Positions 52,063 to 64,000 of a DNA stretch of 64,000 nt are shown piece after piece. The notes under the pieces are model-generated. The model saw nothing but the letters and a program-made list of their open reading frames with translations, had not been told where the DNA came from and did no database searches. The DNA lies in contig NC_043000.1 in NCBI RefSeq assembly GCF_006345805.1, forward strand, positions 136,710,001-136,774,000, given 5' to 3'. Position numbers and translations under genes: made by a program. Within the stretch, counting starts at the first letter, position 1, and every line of letters starts with the position of its first letter. The DNA is from Octopus sinensis. Lineage: Eukaryota.

Positions 52063-52072
52063 CCATCATCAG
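51805..52072. repeat. (CAT)n array, about 265 bp
   Basis: Directly visible. Confidence 0.95.
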
Positions 52073-52535
52073 CAACTACAAATTGCACTTGCTTTGGGTA
52101 TAATTATGAATGCACCCATATATCCCATTGCATCGTTAATGTCCCAAGGTCATTAGCAGTCACAGCAATACTGTTTTTCACCAGAGTCTTAATCAGTTTT
52201 AGAAGAATACCCATGGTTCTTATTCTAATAGATCAGTACTCAGATTAACACCAGGTGTTGCAGATAGGGCTTGGTTCAGTCAGCATGCTACTACTTTGTT
52301 CCTTAACTGGGGGTATTTGTACAGATTTGTTCATTGGTAACCCTTTTTACATCAACAACTTAATATCAGTACTATACCATCACATCTATGCTCAATGTCC
52401 ACTAACTTATTCATGTTCTAATATTACTGTATCATGCACTACCTGTAAAAACATAAAAGGTTCACTGCTTGAATATTACCCTTCCAACTACATGTTCATT
52501 AACACCCAGTTAAAGGCATAAAGCAATACTCCAAT

Positions 52536-53643
52536 TTCGTTTTTGGATTTGGATTTGGTTTGCAAGATTCTTTATATGAGTTCGTGTGTTGTAGCATATT
52601 CTGTTGTGTCTGGGGAGAGTCATTTTCTTTTTGTGCCTTATAATTTAACACACTCACCAGTAAAATTTCCACTTATTTCTTATTTTTATTTTCCTAAAAT
52701 TTTCGTTGCGTCTTGCAACCTTTTCAATAGTCTTGACTCTCTCTAATCACTCTAATTACAATCATCATTATCATCATCAGCTAACTACAAATTGCACTTG
52801 CTTTGGGTATAATTATGAATGTACCCATAAGCAAGATGCAATGAAAATTTTAGGAAAATAAAAATAGGAGTGGCTGTGTGGTAAGTAGCTTGCTAACCAA
52901 CCACATGGTTCCGGGTTCAGTCCCACTGCGTGGCATCTTGGGCAAGTGTCTTCTGCTATAGCCCCGGGCCGACCAATGCCTTGTGAGTGGATTTGGTAGA
53001 TGGAAACTGAAAGAAGCCTGTCGTATATATTTAAATATATATATATATGCCAGCACCGCCCGTCTGGCTTCCGTGCCGGTGGCACATAAAATACACCAAT
53101 CTGACCGTGGCCGTTGCCAGCCCCGCCTGGCACCTGTGCAGGTGGCACGTAAAAAACACCCACTACACTCACGGAGTGGTTGGCGTTAGGAAGGGCATCC
53201 AGCTGTAGAAACATTGCCAAATTAGACTGGAGCCTGGTGCAGCCTTCTGGCTTCCCAGAACCCCGGTCGAACCGTCCAACCCATGCTAGCATGGAGAACG
53301 GACGTTAAACGACGATGATGATGATGATGATGTATGTGTGTGTGTGTTTGTGTCTGTGTTTGTCCCCCTAGCATTGCTTGACAACCGATGCTGGTGTGTT
53401 TACGTCCCCATCACTTAGCGGTTCGGCAAAAGAGACCGATAGAATAAGTACTGGGCTTACAAATAATAAGTCCCGGGGTCGATTTGCTCGACTAAAGGCG
53501 GTGCTCCAGCATGGCCACAGTCAAATGACTGAAACAAGTAAAAGAGTAAAAGAGTAAAGAGTATAGGAAATAAGTGGAAATTTTACCGGTGAGTTTGTTA
53601 AATTATAAGGCACAGAAAGAAAATGACTCTCCCCAGAAACAAC
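52536..53643. mobile_element. Composite PLE-type insertion: inverted arms, captured local DNA, nested SINE A+B, 14-bp direct repeat
   Basis: agcaatactccaat at 52522-52535 and 53644-53657; left arm 52536-52744; right arm 52830-52868 plus 53566-53640; degenerate HHR at 52694-52730 (minus). Confidence 0.75.
52866..53563 (+). mobile_element. Young SINE family A copy with nested family B copy (53047-53333)
   Basis: Short atagga duplication at its ends; the B copy is nearly identical to 9742-10027. Confidence 0.9.
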
Positions 53644-54174
53644 AGCAATACTCCAATGCTAATTTTAAAATATGATATTTTCTACTTGATCCAGAGAAAC
53701 TAAAATATTATCCCTCAACTGGTGCAAACAAATAAATATACTGCACCTCTCCTACAATTCTATTACACACTGTAACAAGAGAATTGTTAATAACCATAAT
53801 AATATAAGTCTAATGGAACCTATATGGTATAATTTTCTGTCCAATGAAATCCAAGTAATTAATTTGACCAAGCTACTTGTTCGGTTCGGTTCTTCCTAGA
53901 ATAACACAATGAATAACAGCACAGCTTCACTACAACACAGCACCCCATGTGGTGAATAGCTGGAATGTCAGGATTAAAAAGTTGTGTATCTGGTGTAAAA
54001 ACCACATGAGTTTTGCTTAATCGTTTAATTATCAGCTGAGCAGAGATATTTAATGGTAACAATCAGAAATATTGCTGCAAAAAACGTAGCAATAGGCATT
54101 CATCATTGGTTCCATATTTATATATCAGTGCCATTGCTTGCTGGCATTGCTATTTTTTATAATTGTTATAAAAT

Positions 54175-54520
54175 CATGTGAAGGCACATGGCTCAGTGGT
54201 TAGAGCGTCAAGCTCACAATCATGTGGTAGTGAGTTCAATTCCTAGACCAGGCTGTATATTGTGTTCTTGAGCAAGATACTTTATTTCCCGTTGCTCCGG
54301 TTCATTCAGCTGTAGAAATGAGTTGCGACATCACAGGTGCCAAGTATCAGCCTTTGCCTTTCCCTTGGATAGCACCAGTGGCATGGAGAGGGCAGGCTGG
54401 TATGGATGGGCAACTGCTGGTCTTCCATACATAACGTTACCCAGACTTGTGCCTGAGAGGGTAACCTTCTAGGTGCAATCCCATGGTCATTCATGACTGA
54501 AGGGAGACATTACCCTTTAT
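54175..54520 (+). mobile_element. tRNA-derived SINE (fifth family)
   Basis: A box tggctcagtggttagagc, B box gagttcaattcc, cttgagcaagatacttt segment. Confidence 0.75.
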
Positions 54521-55874
54521 AGCTGTTATAAAGCATTTCCTTTACAATGGTGATTCTCAATGGAGGAGGAATTATAATTTTGAGATTTTCTTTTTTTTTA
54601 AGATTTGCTTTATAAATTGCATCTGAATATAAATAGCAAGAAAATAATTAAAATATGCAATGAACCTGAAAATAAAAACAAGAGCAGACTGTGTACAGAA
54701 GTATACTATTCTAATATTCATAGGAGTATGTGAAATTTAGCTACAGGGTAGGTGTAACAAGTATTTGAAAACTATTTTAAGATGTTAGAAGATTCATTAC
54801 AAATAGAATTTATATAACTGGAACATATTAAAGCATTTAGATAAATTTATTTCAACAATATTTGTAAATAAATGACGAAAAAATCTGAAATTGAAAATGT
54901 GTCAGTAAATTTTAATTTTTTCTACTTGTTTCTTTTCAGTCAAAATCTTTATTATTGTAGATTAATTTAATAAACCAACAAGTGCACAAAATATATCATC
55001 ATCTGTTGTGTTCCTTAAGAATTTAAACACAAAATTATTGACAACTTTGTTTAGAGGAGCTTAATATTCATGGATACTGTCCTTATACAATATAACACGA
55101 AAATAATATTAAGATATATTTTTCATTGTTAATTGTATAAATATAGATATAAATACACACACACACATATAGTTAGAGATAGATACATAAATACATAGAC
55201 AGACAGACAGACAGGTAGATAGATAGTTAGGTAGATAGATGAAGATGTGATGTTGAAAGAAACAGTGGAAGATATGACTATGAAAGAAATATATGATAGA
55301 AAAATGTGAATAAATCACTTTTACGAAAGAAGGAAATAGTTATTTCAAAGAAGGAATCTATAAAAATATCTTTTAAGGAGAGCTTATGAAAATCAGTAAG
55401 AGGAATTCTGAAAAAAAAAACTTATAATGAAAAGATATTAAAATGTTCATAAAAGGAATCTGTCAAAGTATACTTCCAACAAAACTGATTTCACCTATTC
55501 TTCAATTCATGAACCATTTACATTTACAGCATATATATTTGTAAAAGATGAAGACATTTTTCTGAGACATAGCTTAAGATATCTATGAAAGAAAGTAAAT
55601 TTAGTTTCCAAAATGTGTTTTCAGTATTTGCTGTTCTTTAAAATGAAACGTAAACGCACCAATGAGGGTCACTTTTGTGGGTTTTCTACGCATATTTTTT
55701 AAATGGTTTGGTCTACAGAAATGGTCGTGCTTATGGTCTTGCCAGCCATCCAAGATCAGTGAGACCAACATGGTTGATATTCCTCTTAAACTATTAGAAA
55801 TAGCAGTGAAATCACTGAATAATACAATCTATATATACATTTATGGATGTGTGTGTGTGTGTGAATGTAGTATG

Positions 55875-56108
55875 TATTTCTTTATTGCCCACAAGGGGCT
55901 AAACATAGAGGGGACAAACAAGGACAGACAAAGGGATTAAGTCGATTACATCGACCCCAGTGCGTAACTGGTACTTTATTTATCGACCCAGAAAGGATGA
56001 AAGACAAAATCGACCTCGGCGGAATTTGGACTCAGAACGTAACGGCAGACGAAATACGGCTACGCATTTCGCCCGGCCTGCTAACGTTTCTGCCAGCTCG
56101 CCGCCTTC
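55875..56108 (-). mobile_element. Full-length SINE family C with 16-bp TSD
   Basis: gtgtgaatgtagtatg at 55859-55874 and 56109-56124. Confidence 0.92.
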
Positions 56109-56459
56109 GTGTGAATGTAGTATGGCTGAATGGTTAGGAAGTCACTTTACAATAATACAAGCCCTGGGTTCAATCCCAGAATATGATATCTTCGGCAAGT
56201 CTTTTATCATAACTTTCAGTCAACCCAAGCATTGTGTGTGGAATTGGGGAGATAGAAGCTGGGTACAAAAACCATTGGAAGGATTGTGTCAAATTCAAAG
56301 TTCCAGCCTTGTTACATACTGTCATGCATACTCAGCTTTAAATATTAAAAGTAGGCATGATAAATCCATGAGAAGAAGCAGCTGTAAGGTTTTGACTTTC
56401 TTCCTGTAATAATATTGTATATGACTTGAGATGTTTGCTCTGCCTTAATTTTTGACGTC

Positions 56460-56669
56460 CTCTTTTACTCTTTTACTTGTTTCAGTCATTTGACTGCGGC
56501 CATGCTGGAGCACTGCCTTTAATCGAGCAACTCGACCCTGGGATTTATTCTTTGTTAGCCCAGTAATTATTCTATCGGTCTCTTTTTGCCGAACCGCTAA
56601 GTGATGGGGACTTAAACACACCAGCATCGGTTGTCAAGCAATGCTAGGGGGACAAACACAGACACACAA

Positions 56670-56710
<41 letters not shown>

Positions 56711-56871
56711 CGACGGGCTTCTTTCAGTTTCCGTCTACCAAATCCACTCACAAGGCTTTGGTCGGCCCAAGGCTATAGTAGAAGACACTTGCCCAAGGTG
56801 CCACGCAGTGGAACTGAACCCGGAACCATGTGGTTGGTAAACAAGCTACTTACCATACAGCCACTCCTGCA
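56460..56871 (-). mobile_element. SINE family A copy
   Basis: Reverse-complement match to family A. Confidence 0.88.
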
Positions 56872-56889
56872 CTGTGCCTCTCAAATATT

Positions 56890-57275
56890 ATTCCCTGTCG
56901 TAAGGCTTTACTTCCACACATACCAGCTTAATTAAATTCATCCTTAGTCAAAAGATACCCGTTGTTATTATCCTGTTATTTGTATTTGTGTACCATTTCT
57001 CTGTTTTCTTTTTCCGTCCTTGTTTTCATATAATTTGCTGCTTTCTTCCAAGGAATCTAGTGCTCTTAGCTTAGCTTTTCCTTGGGGCTGGCCAGATTGG
57101 AGCAATCTCGAGTATAACCAGCTGGAATTGCAAAGATAATCTGGAACTCGATTGAAGAAAGAAAGCTCTGAATGACCTGTCCCTGTTTTCTTTGTATCGT
57201 CTGTCTGGATGTTTTGTTGTCCCTTTTTTGTATCACCTAACTGTCTGGTTGTTTTGCGTTGTTGTCCCATTTTTT

Positions 57276-57280
<5 letters not shown>
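56890..57280 (+). repeat. Interspersed repeat, probably PLE 3'-type; related copy at 60165-60300 (minus)
   Basis: Shared ttggagcaatctc...gaatgacctgtcc...tgtatcgtct sequence. Confidence 0.45.
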
Positions 57281-57325
<45 letters not shown>

Positions 57326-57479
57326 TCACCATTTCTCCACTATGGTGACCTATTTGGCTGCCATTTCTAATATTTTCGGTATGTGGTTTTGAGCAACTTG
57401 TTGCAATTAACCCTTTATTATAATTAATATAATCCTTACCAAATATGGTCTTTTCCATACCGATAAAACTACTAGATGA

Positions 57480-57775
57480 AATTTTGGAGTGGAATTGGCA
57501 AACAGAAACCGAAAGAAGCCCATCGTATACATGTATATATGTATATATATATCTATGGGTGTGTGTCATTGTCTGTGTTTGTCTTCCCATTATCACTTGA
57601 CAACCAGTGTTGGTATGTTTACATCCCTGTAACTTAGTAGCTTGGCAAAAGAGACCGATAAAATAAGCACCAAACTTATAAAAATAAGTACTGAGGTCAA
57701 TTCATTCGACTAAAAATTGAAGGTGGTGCCCTGGCATGGCTACAGTCTAATGACTGAAACAAGTAAAAGATTAAA
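57480..57775 (+). mobile_element. SINE family A 3' portion
   Basis: gaaaccgaaagaagcccatcgtata...gactgaaacaagtaaaag. Confidence 0.8.
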
Positions 57776-57782
57776 GATATCA

Positions 57783-58080
57783 AGTTAGAAAACCAAGATA
57801 TCTAATGGTTACAAATTAATTTATTAATTATATATAATATTTACCAACATTTGTTTCATTTCACAAACAAAATTAGAATTACAAAACATACAAATATATT
57901 ATTTTGCATATAAATACATTATTTTGGAAAATCATCAGGGTGTGTGGTTTTCCATACAAGGTATTTAAAAGGCAAAATTATATATTCATATATGTTTTGT
58001 GAAATGAAACAAACGTTGGTGAATATGATGATTAATTAATAAATTAATTTGTATCCATTAGATCTCTTTGCTTTCTAACT
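57783..58080. repeat. Diverged fold-back element, about 300 bp
   Basis: agttagaaaaccaagatatctaatgg...caacatttgtttcatttcacaaa mirrors tttgtgaaatgaaacaaacgttgg...ccattagatctctttgctttctaact. Confidence 0.8.
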
Positions 58081-58219
58081 CAATAATAATGTTTGATAAC
58101 TTATATGATATATTCATTTAAGAAATAGCTCTTCAAAATTTAATATATCAAACCAGTGTATCTTGGACAAATATCCCTGTAAGAGGTTTAAACATTTTAA
58201 TTGTGACTATATATATAGA

Positions 58220-58480
58220 TATCATCATCATCATCATCATTATCATCATCGTTAAACGTCCGTGTAGTGGGTGCTTTTTACATGCCACCGGCACAGGTGC
58301 AAGGGGAGGCTGGCAGCGACCACGATTGGTTGGTGCTTTTTACGTGCCACCGGCACAGAAGCCAGTCAAGGCGGTGCTGGCATCGGCCACATTCGGATGG
58401 TGCTTTTTACGTGCCAACTGCACAGGTATCACAACTACAATTTCCATTTGATATTTATTTTGATGTTGATGTACTTGACT
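58220..58480 (-). mobile_element. SINE family B copy (internally deleted)
   Basis: catcatcgttaaacgtccgtgtagtgggtgctttttacatgccaccggcac. Confidence 0.75.
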
Positions 58481-58787
58481 CAATATATATATATGTATGT
58501 ATGCGTGTGTGTGTGTGTGTCTCTCTATGTATTAAGTTTCATCATTTTAATGTCTACTTCTCTATACTCACACGGGTCAGAAGGAATTTGTTGAGGTAGA
58601 TTTTATGCATTCAGATGCCCTTCTGATTGTGACTACCTCTGTGCATGTTGAGATGTGTTTGTAGAGTGAACCAGTTATTAACACATTGGAACCTATATTC
58701 AACAATGATCCTGCTCACAATTGAAGATATACATAAATAAATAAATTCATCTTTGATTTCATATATTTTTCCAACAAACACTATACT

Positions 58788-59194
58788 AGGCGCAGGAGTG
58801 GCTGTGTGGTAAGTAGCTCGTTTACCAACCACATGGTTCCGGGTTCAGTCCCACTGCGTGGCACTTTGGGCAAGTGTCTTCTACTATAGCCACGAGCTGA
58901 CCAAAGCCTTGTGAGTGGATTTGGTAGACGGAAACTGAAAGAAGCCCGTCGTATACATATATATGTATATATGCATGTGTGTGTTTGTGTGTCTGTGTTT
59001 GTCCCCCTAGCATTGCTTGACAACCGATGCTGGTGTGTTTATGTCCCCGTTACTTAGCGGTTCGGCAAAAGAGACCGATAGAATAAGTACTGGGCTTACA
59101 AAAGAATAAGTCCCGGGGTCGAGTTGCTCGATTAAAGGCGGTGCTCCAGCATGGCCACAGTCAAATGACTGAAATAAGTAAAAGAGTAAAGAGT
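58788..59194 (+). mobile_element. Full-length young SINE family A
   Basis: ggcgcaggagtggctgtgtggtaag head through aaaagagtaaagagta tail. Confidence 0.92.
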
Positions 59195-59299
59195 ACCAAT
59201 ACAGAAGCTAAAACTTTTTTTTCCATTATAACAATTAATATCATCACCTTATCTACACACTGAAATTCCTGATACCACAATCTCTTTCCAACTGCCAAA

Positions 59300-60050
59300 A
59301 CGTCTTTACAAAACGTTATTTACAAAACGTCTTCCACTTCTGCACATATTGGCTCACATAACTACGAACTGACCAAGGTTACCATTATACATTCACATTA
59401 TTCAAACACCTGTAAATCCAACAAAATATCTCTTTAATATTCCTTGAATGTTTCACTTCATTGCTATTTGTTATTCATAACAAACTCTTCAGTTTTTCTT
59501 CCGCTTGTCAATATCTCTACCTGTCTTTTGAAATGGGCCTTAATATTTTCCTATCCCTTAGACGGACACCCTTTGACTTGGCCAGCTATCAAATTTTTGG
59601 TTTACTTTACAATTTCTCAAACCTGGAGAAACAGTTGTTAAAAAGCACCCCTTCTCCAAAATCTTGCATTTTATTCCCTCCTCCGCTTCCAACTTTAGAA
59701 ATCCTGCACTCCAGTACACAGAGACTCCTTGTTCTTTGGAAATTCAGTGAGCAAAATCATTGCATGTAACCGCAAGAAAGCATTTAATTCCGTCTAACAC
59801 TAGAATCTGCTGAACTAAACTACTTGCTAACGAGCTTCATCTCTTTATCTATTGGATTTTCATTTCTCAAATCCAAGTCAGACCTGTTTGAGCAGATCAA
59901 TAATTGAAAGCATATAATTTCCATAAGCAAGATTTACATCCAACAAAGTTGGGTGTGAGGTAATATCAGTGCTACTCAGTATCACTAGAGGGAGTAATAT
60001 GGTCTGATTATATGGAAATCATTGAGCTCTCCAGTCAACAGGAGATTCCA
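59300..60050 (+). mobile_element. Highly degenerate CR1/L2/Jockey-type RT fragment
   Basis: KIIACNRKKAFNSV*H*NLLN resembles the LDISKAFDRVWH..LL.KL RT motif. Confidence 0.5.
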
Positions 60051-60115
60051 AGAATGTTTTGTAGGACAAAGTGTATGTCAAACATTTATGTATGTATGTA
60101 TGTATCCATCCATCC

Positions 60116-60158
<43 letters not shown>

Positions 60159-60944
60159 AATATACAAAATAGGACAAGAACGCAAAACATTAAGATAGAC
60201 GATACAAAAAACATGGACAGGTCATTCGAAGCCTTTAATCTTCAGTCAAGAACCAGATCATCCTCGCAATTTTGGCTGATTAACCTTGAGATTGCTCCAA
60301 ATATATATATATATATATATATAATCAAAATACACAGCAAGGATATCCAGAGGTAAATGCAGATCAATAATTGAAAGCATGCAATATCCATAAGCAAGAT
60401 TGGATATCCTTGTTGCTTATTTTGATTTTAATCACCTTACTTTGAAATTGTATGGATACTACTGTACTAAATTCTGGTGCCTCAACATAAGTACCATATT
60501 CATCTGAATCTATCTATCTATCTATCTATCTATTTATCTATCTATCTATATATATATAATCATATATACATATATATAATCATATATATAAGATATATAA
60601 ATATATCTATATATACTAAGGTACAACATAAGCACCTGCTTTGCTAAAAATAGAAATCAAAATATTCCTAAGCCACAGAAGAATCACATACTTGTATGTA
60701 ACCTGTGGCTCTTCTACAGTAAGAAACCTGTTTTGTTTTGGTCCCTTCTCTCCTTGTAAATCATCATGCCATAGCTTAAAACTGCCTTACTTTATACTGT
60801 AGCCCCACTCAGCTGAAGATGATCAGTCTTGCAGACTGAATGGAGACCTCACTAGTGCTGGTGCCACAGAAAAAAGCACTCAAGACAGGGTATTAAATGG
60901 CTGGCGTTTGGAAGGGAATCCAGTTATAGAAACTACACCACAGC

Positions 60945-61179
60945 TGTAAGGCGGCGAGCTGGCAGAAACGTTAGCACGTCGGCGAAATGCGTAGCCGTAT
61001 TTCGTCCGCCGTTACGTTCTGAGTTCAAATTCTGCTGAGGTCGACTTTGCCTTTCAGCCTTTCGGGGTCGATTAAATAAGTACCAGTTACGCACTGGGGT
61101 CGATATAATCGACTTAATCCGTTTGTCTGTCCTTGTTTGTCTTCTCTGTGTTTAGCCCCTTGTGGGTAGTAAAGAAATA
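60945..61179 (+). mobile_element. Full-length SINE family C with 17-bp TSD
   Basis: agaaactacaccacagc at 60928-60944 and 61180-61196. Confidence 0.92.
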
Positions 61180-61359
61180 AGAAACTACACCACAGCCCAC
61201 AACCACAGCCACTGCAGACATTGGAGCACAATGCCGTGTTTGGATCAAACTGATCCTATGAAACTGTCTGACCCATGCCAGCATAGAACATGGATATTGA
61301 ATGATGATGGTGCGTGAATACACCCACACATACACATGTATGTTTATGTATGTATGTAA

Positions 61360-61434
<75 letters not shown>

Positions 61435-61809
61435 TGTATGTATGTATGTATAGATGGATGGATAGATGGATGGGTCGAGTGATGGACAGTGATGACAATG
61501 TATTGTGTGTATGCGTGTATATATATGTATGTATATAAATACAAAAATGACGAGTGTCTTCTTTTTGTTTGTATTTATCAGTTTACATACCACTTTACTG
61601 AGATTTTGTTACCTTGTTGAATTCATGTCATCAGTATTTAGCTAAACACAACTGAAATGTACATAATAGAGAATCATTGAAAGACTTTTTACTACAAATC
61701 AGTTGCACACCTGTCATTACATCTGATATTTGTTTTTCTCTTCATCACATTTTAATATTTACTCTACAAAGCAAGGTAACCTCTTTTGTGTCTTGCTGTT
61801 GTTCTTGCC

Positions 61810-61888
61810 ATCATTGTCCTTATTATCATCATTATTATTATCATTATTATCATTATCATTATTATTATTGTTATTATTATTATTATCA

Positions 61889-61925
<37 letters not shown>

Positions 61926-62630
61926 TATTATTATTATTATTATTATTATCATCATCATCATTATTATTATTATTATTATTTTTACTATTGTCATTATTAT
62001 TAATGTTGTTGTTGTTATTGTTATTATTATTATTATTATTATCATTATTATTATTATTATTATTGTTATTATTATTATTATTATTATTACTATTATTATT
62101 ATTATTATTATTATTATTGCTGCTGTTATATATTTGCAAGAAATGTATAGTTTTTTTTTTTTGAAGCAATTATCGTTGATAATATATACTACTTATATGC
62201 ATATACATGCATACACACATATATATATATAATTATATATATATACATATACATACATATATATATAATTACATATATACCTACATAAACATACATATGT
62301 ATACATATATACATATGTATATGTATATATATATGTGTTTGCGTGTGTATGTATATGCATGTAATTATATGTATATATATATATATATATGTACATATTT
62401 ATATGTATACTTATAAACATATATATACGTAACATATATATATGTATATATATATATGTATATATATGTATATATATATATACATATATATGTGTGTATA
62501 TCTATATATTTATGTATGTATGTATGTATGTATGTATGTATGTATGTATGTATGTATGTATGCATGTATGTATGTATGTATGAATGTATGAATGTATGTA
62601 TGTATGTATGTATTTATGTATGTATAATCA
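61810..62630. repeat. (ATT/CAT/GTT)n, (TA)n and (TATG)n arrays
   Basis: Directly visible. Confidence 0.95.
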
Positions 62631-62987
62631 AAAATATTCAGCACAAAATCAATTGTTAATACATTTTTAGTTCTACATATTAAAATGCTTGGGAAAATCG
62701 CAAATATCTTTGAGTAGTTGTTAAATGTATATATCATTATTACTTTTTCCAGAATAGTAAGAATAGAGCATGACATTGCTCCTGATTACGAACTGAATTA
62801 GGTGTTTTTACATCAGCCGACATTACTGTCTGGCAGCTATGAATTCTTATATTGGTATAAGGCAAAAATATAAAGTGACAGGTATTAGCAGCAGCCAAAA
62901 AATTGTTTCCAGTTCCCGTGTTTAAAAGACAAAAAAACGTTCTCCTGGATATGCTTTGAATGCAATGTTACAGTATGGCCTTAAATA

Positions 62988-63219
62988 TATTTCTTTACTG
63001 CCCACAAGGGGCTAAACATAGAGGGGACAAACAAGGATAGACAAAGGGATTAATTTGATTACATCGACCCCAGTGCGAAACTGGTACTTTATTTATCGAC
63101 CCCGAAAGGATGAAAGGCAAAGTCGACCTCGGCGGAATTTGAACTCAAAACGTAACGACAGATGAATTACCGCTAAGCATTTCGCCCGGCGTGCTAACGA
63201 GTCTGCCAGCTCGCTGCCT
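62988..63219 (-). mobile_element. Full-length SINE family C with about 16-bp TSD
   Basis: agtatggccttaaata (62972-62987) and agcatggccttaaata (63220-63235). Confidence 0.9.
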
Positions 63220-63455
63220 AGCATGGCCTTAAATATGATGGCTAATACAACCAAAAGAACTATAAAGCTTTGTATGCAAACTGAAAAATTCCCATGTTGA
63301 GAAAGTTTCTGAAAACCTATGTGTAAACAAACTCTTGAGTGGTAAAAGCAGTCTGTTGCTCAATTTTAATCCTTACACTTGGGGATAACTTTCTCCATTC
63401 TTCCAACTAATATTAGAGTACCAGGAAGCAGTTATGAGTACTCTCCTTCTTCCTC

Positions 63456-63676
63456 TACAAAGGGGTGCTAGAAAGTTCCTGGCTTTAAGGGTACTGCAAA
63501 AGGCTTGGTTGGAGGCCCAACCTTCTGCATTCTTTTACAGAGGTTAGAAAAACTGAAGGGCCACTGTAATAAGTGTGTGAATCTGAGAGGGGAATATTTT
63601 GAATAAAATCATAATTAACTAATCCTCCTGTATTTTCTTTCCCCCAAAGCCAGGAACACTTCAGCACTCCCTCATA
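63456..63676. mobile_element. Mariner-derived MITE, second copy
   Basis: aggggtgctagaaagttcctggc / gccaggaacacttcagcactccct TIRs; internal sequence homologous to 25415-25632. Confidence 0.8.
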
Positions 63677-64000
63677 ATTAATAAGTATAAGCATAGCAAT
63701 TACTCACAAATGAGGACATACTCACAAGTGAGTATGACTCGGTAGTAAGTGCCATGCTTTTGCTAAGTCACAAACAACAAACGAGAAAACTAAGGTAACT
63801 TTTTGGTCCAGAGCAACATCAAGAATGTGACAACTGGCAGAAGAGGGAGCTGCACCAGTTGTAAGCTGGTTCTCCTTTTCAGCTGTGTAGGTTGGAGCAA
63901 TGTGAAACAAAGTACCCTGCTTAAGAACACAATACGCTGCCTAGTTCAGACCTTGAACTCACAATTTGATGATTGTAATATCAACATCCTAACCACTGGG

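Overview
This is AT-rich, microsatellite-dense animal genomic DNA. The repeat families look like those I recall from octopus (coleoid cephalopod) genomes; this is an inference and no search was run. I could not identify any protein-coding gene with confidence: almost all ORFs in the track are translations of microsatellites or SINEs, and only scattered short exon candidates with good splice signals remain. The window is mostly transposon debris: three abundant SINE families (called A, B, C here, several with clear target-site duplications), Tc1/mariner remnants and a mariner-type MITE pair, Helentron-type non-autonomous elements (HINEs), R4/Dong-like, CR1/L2-like and Penelope-like (PLE) retroelement fragments. 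The most notable pattern is a set of short PLE-type elements carrying minimal hammerhead-ribozyme (HHR) motifs. They repeatedly occur as inverted pairs or fold-backs with the ribozyme-sense strands pointing outward. At least one such insertion (52.5-53.7 kb) is bounded by a 14-bp direct repeat and holds a copy of nearby genomic DNA between its arms. A CpG-rich promoter-like segment at about 19.45-19.9 kb is bracketed by an inverted duplication of a SINE fragment. Repeat boundaries were read by eye and are approximate (about +/-10-20 bp) unless a TSD or motif is quoted.
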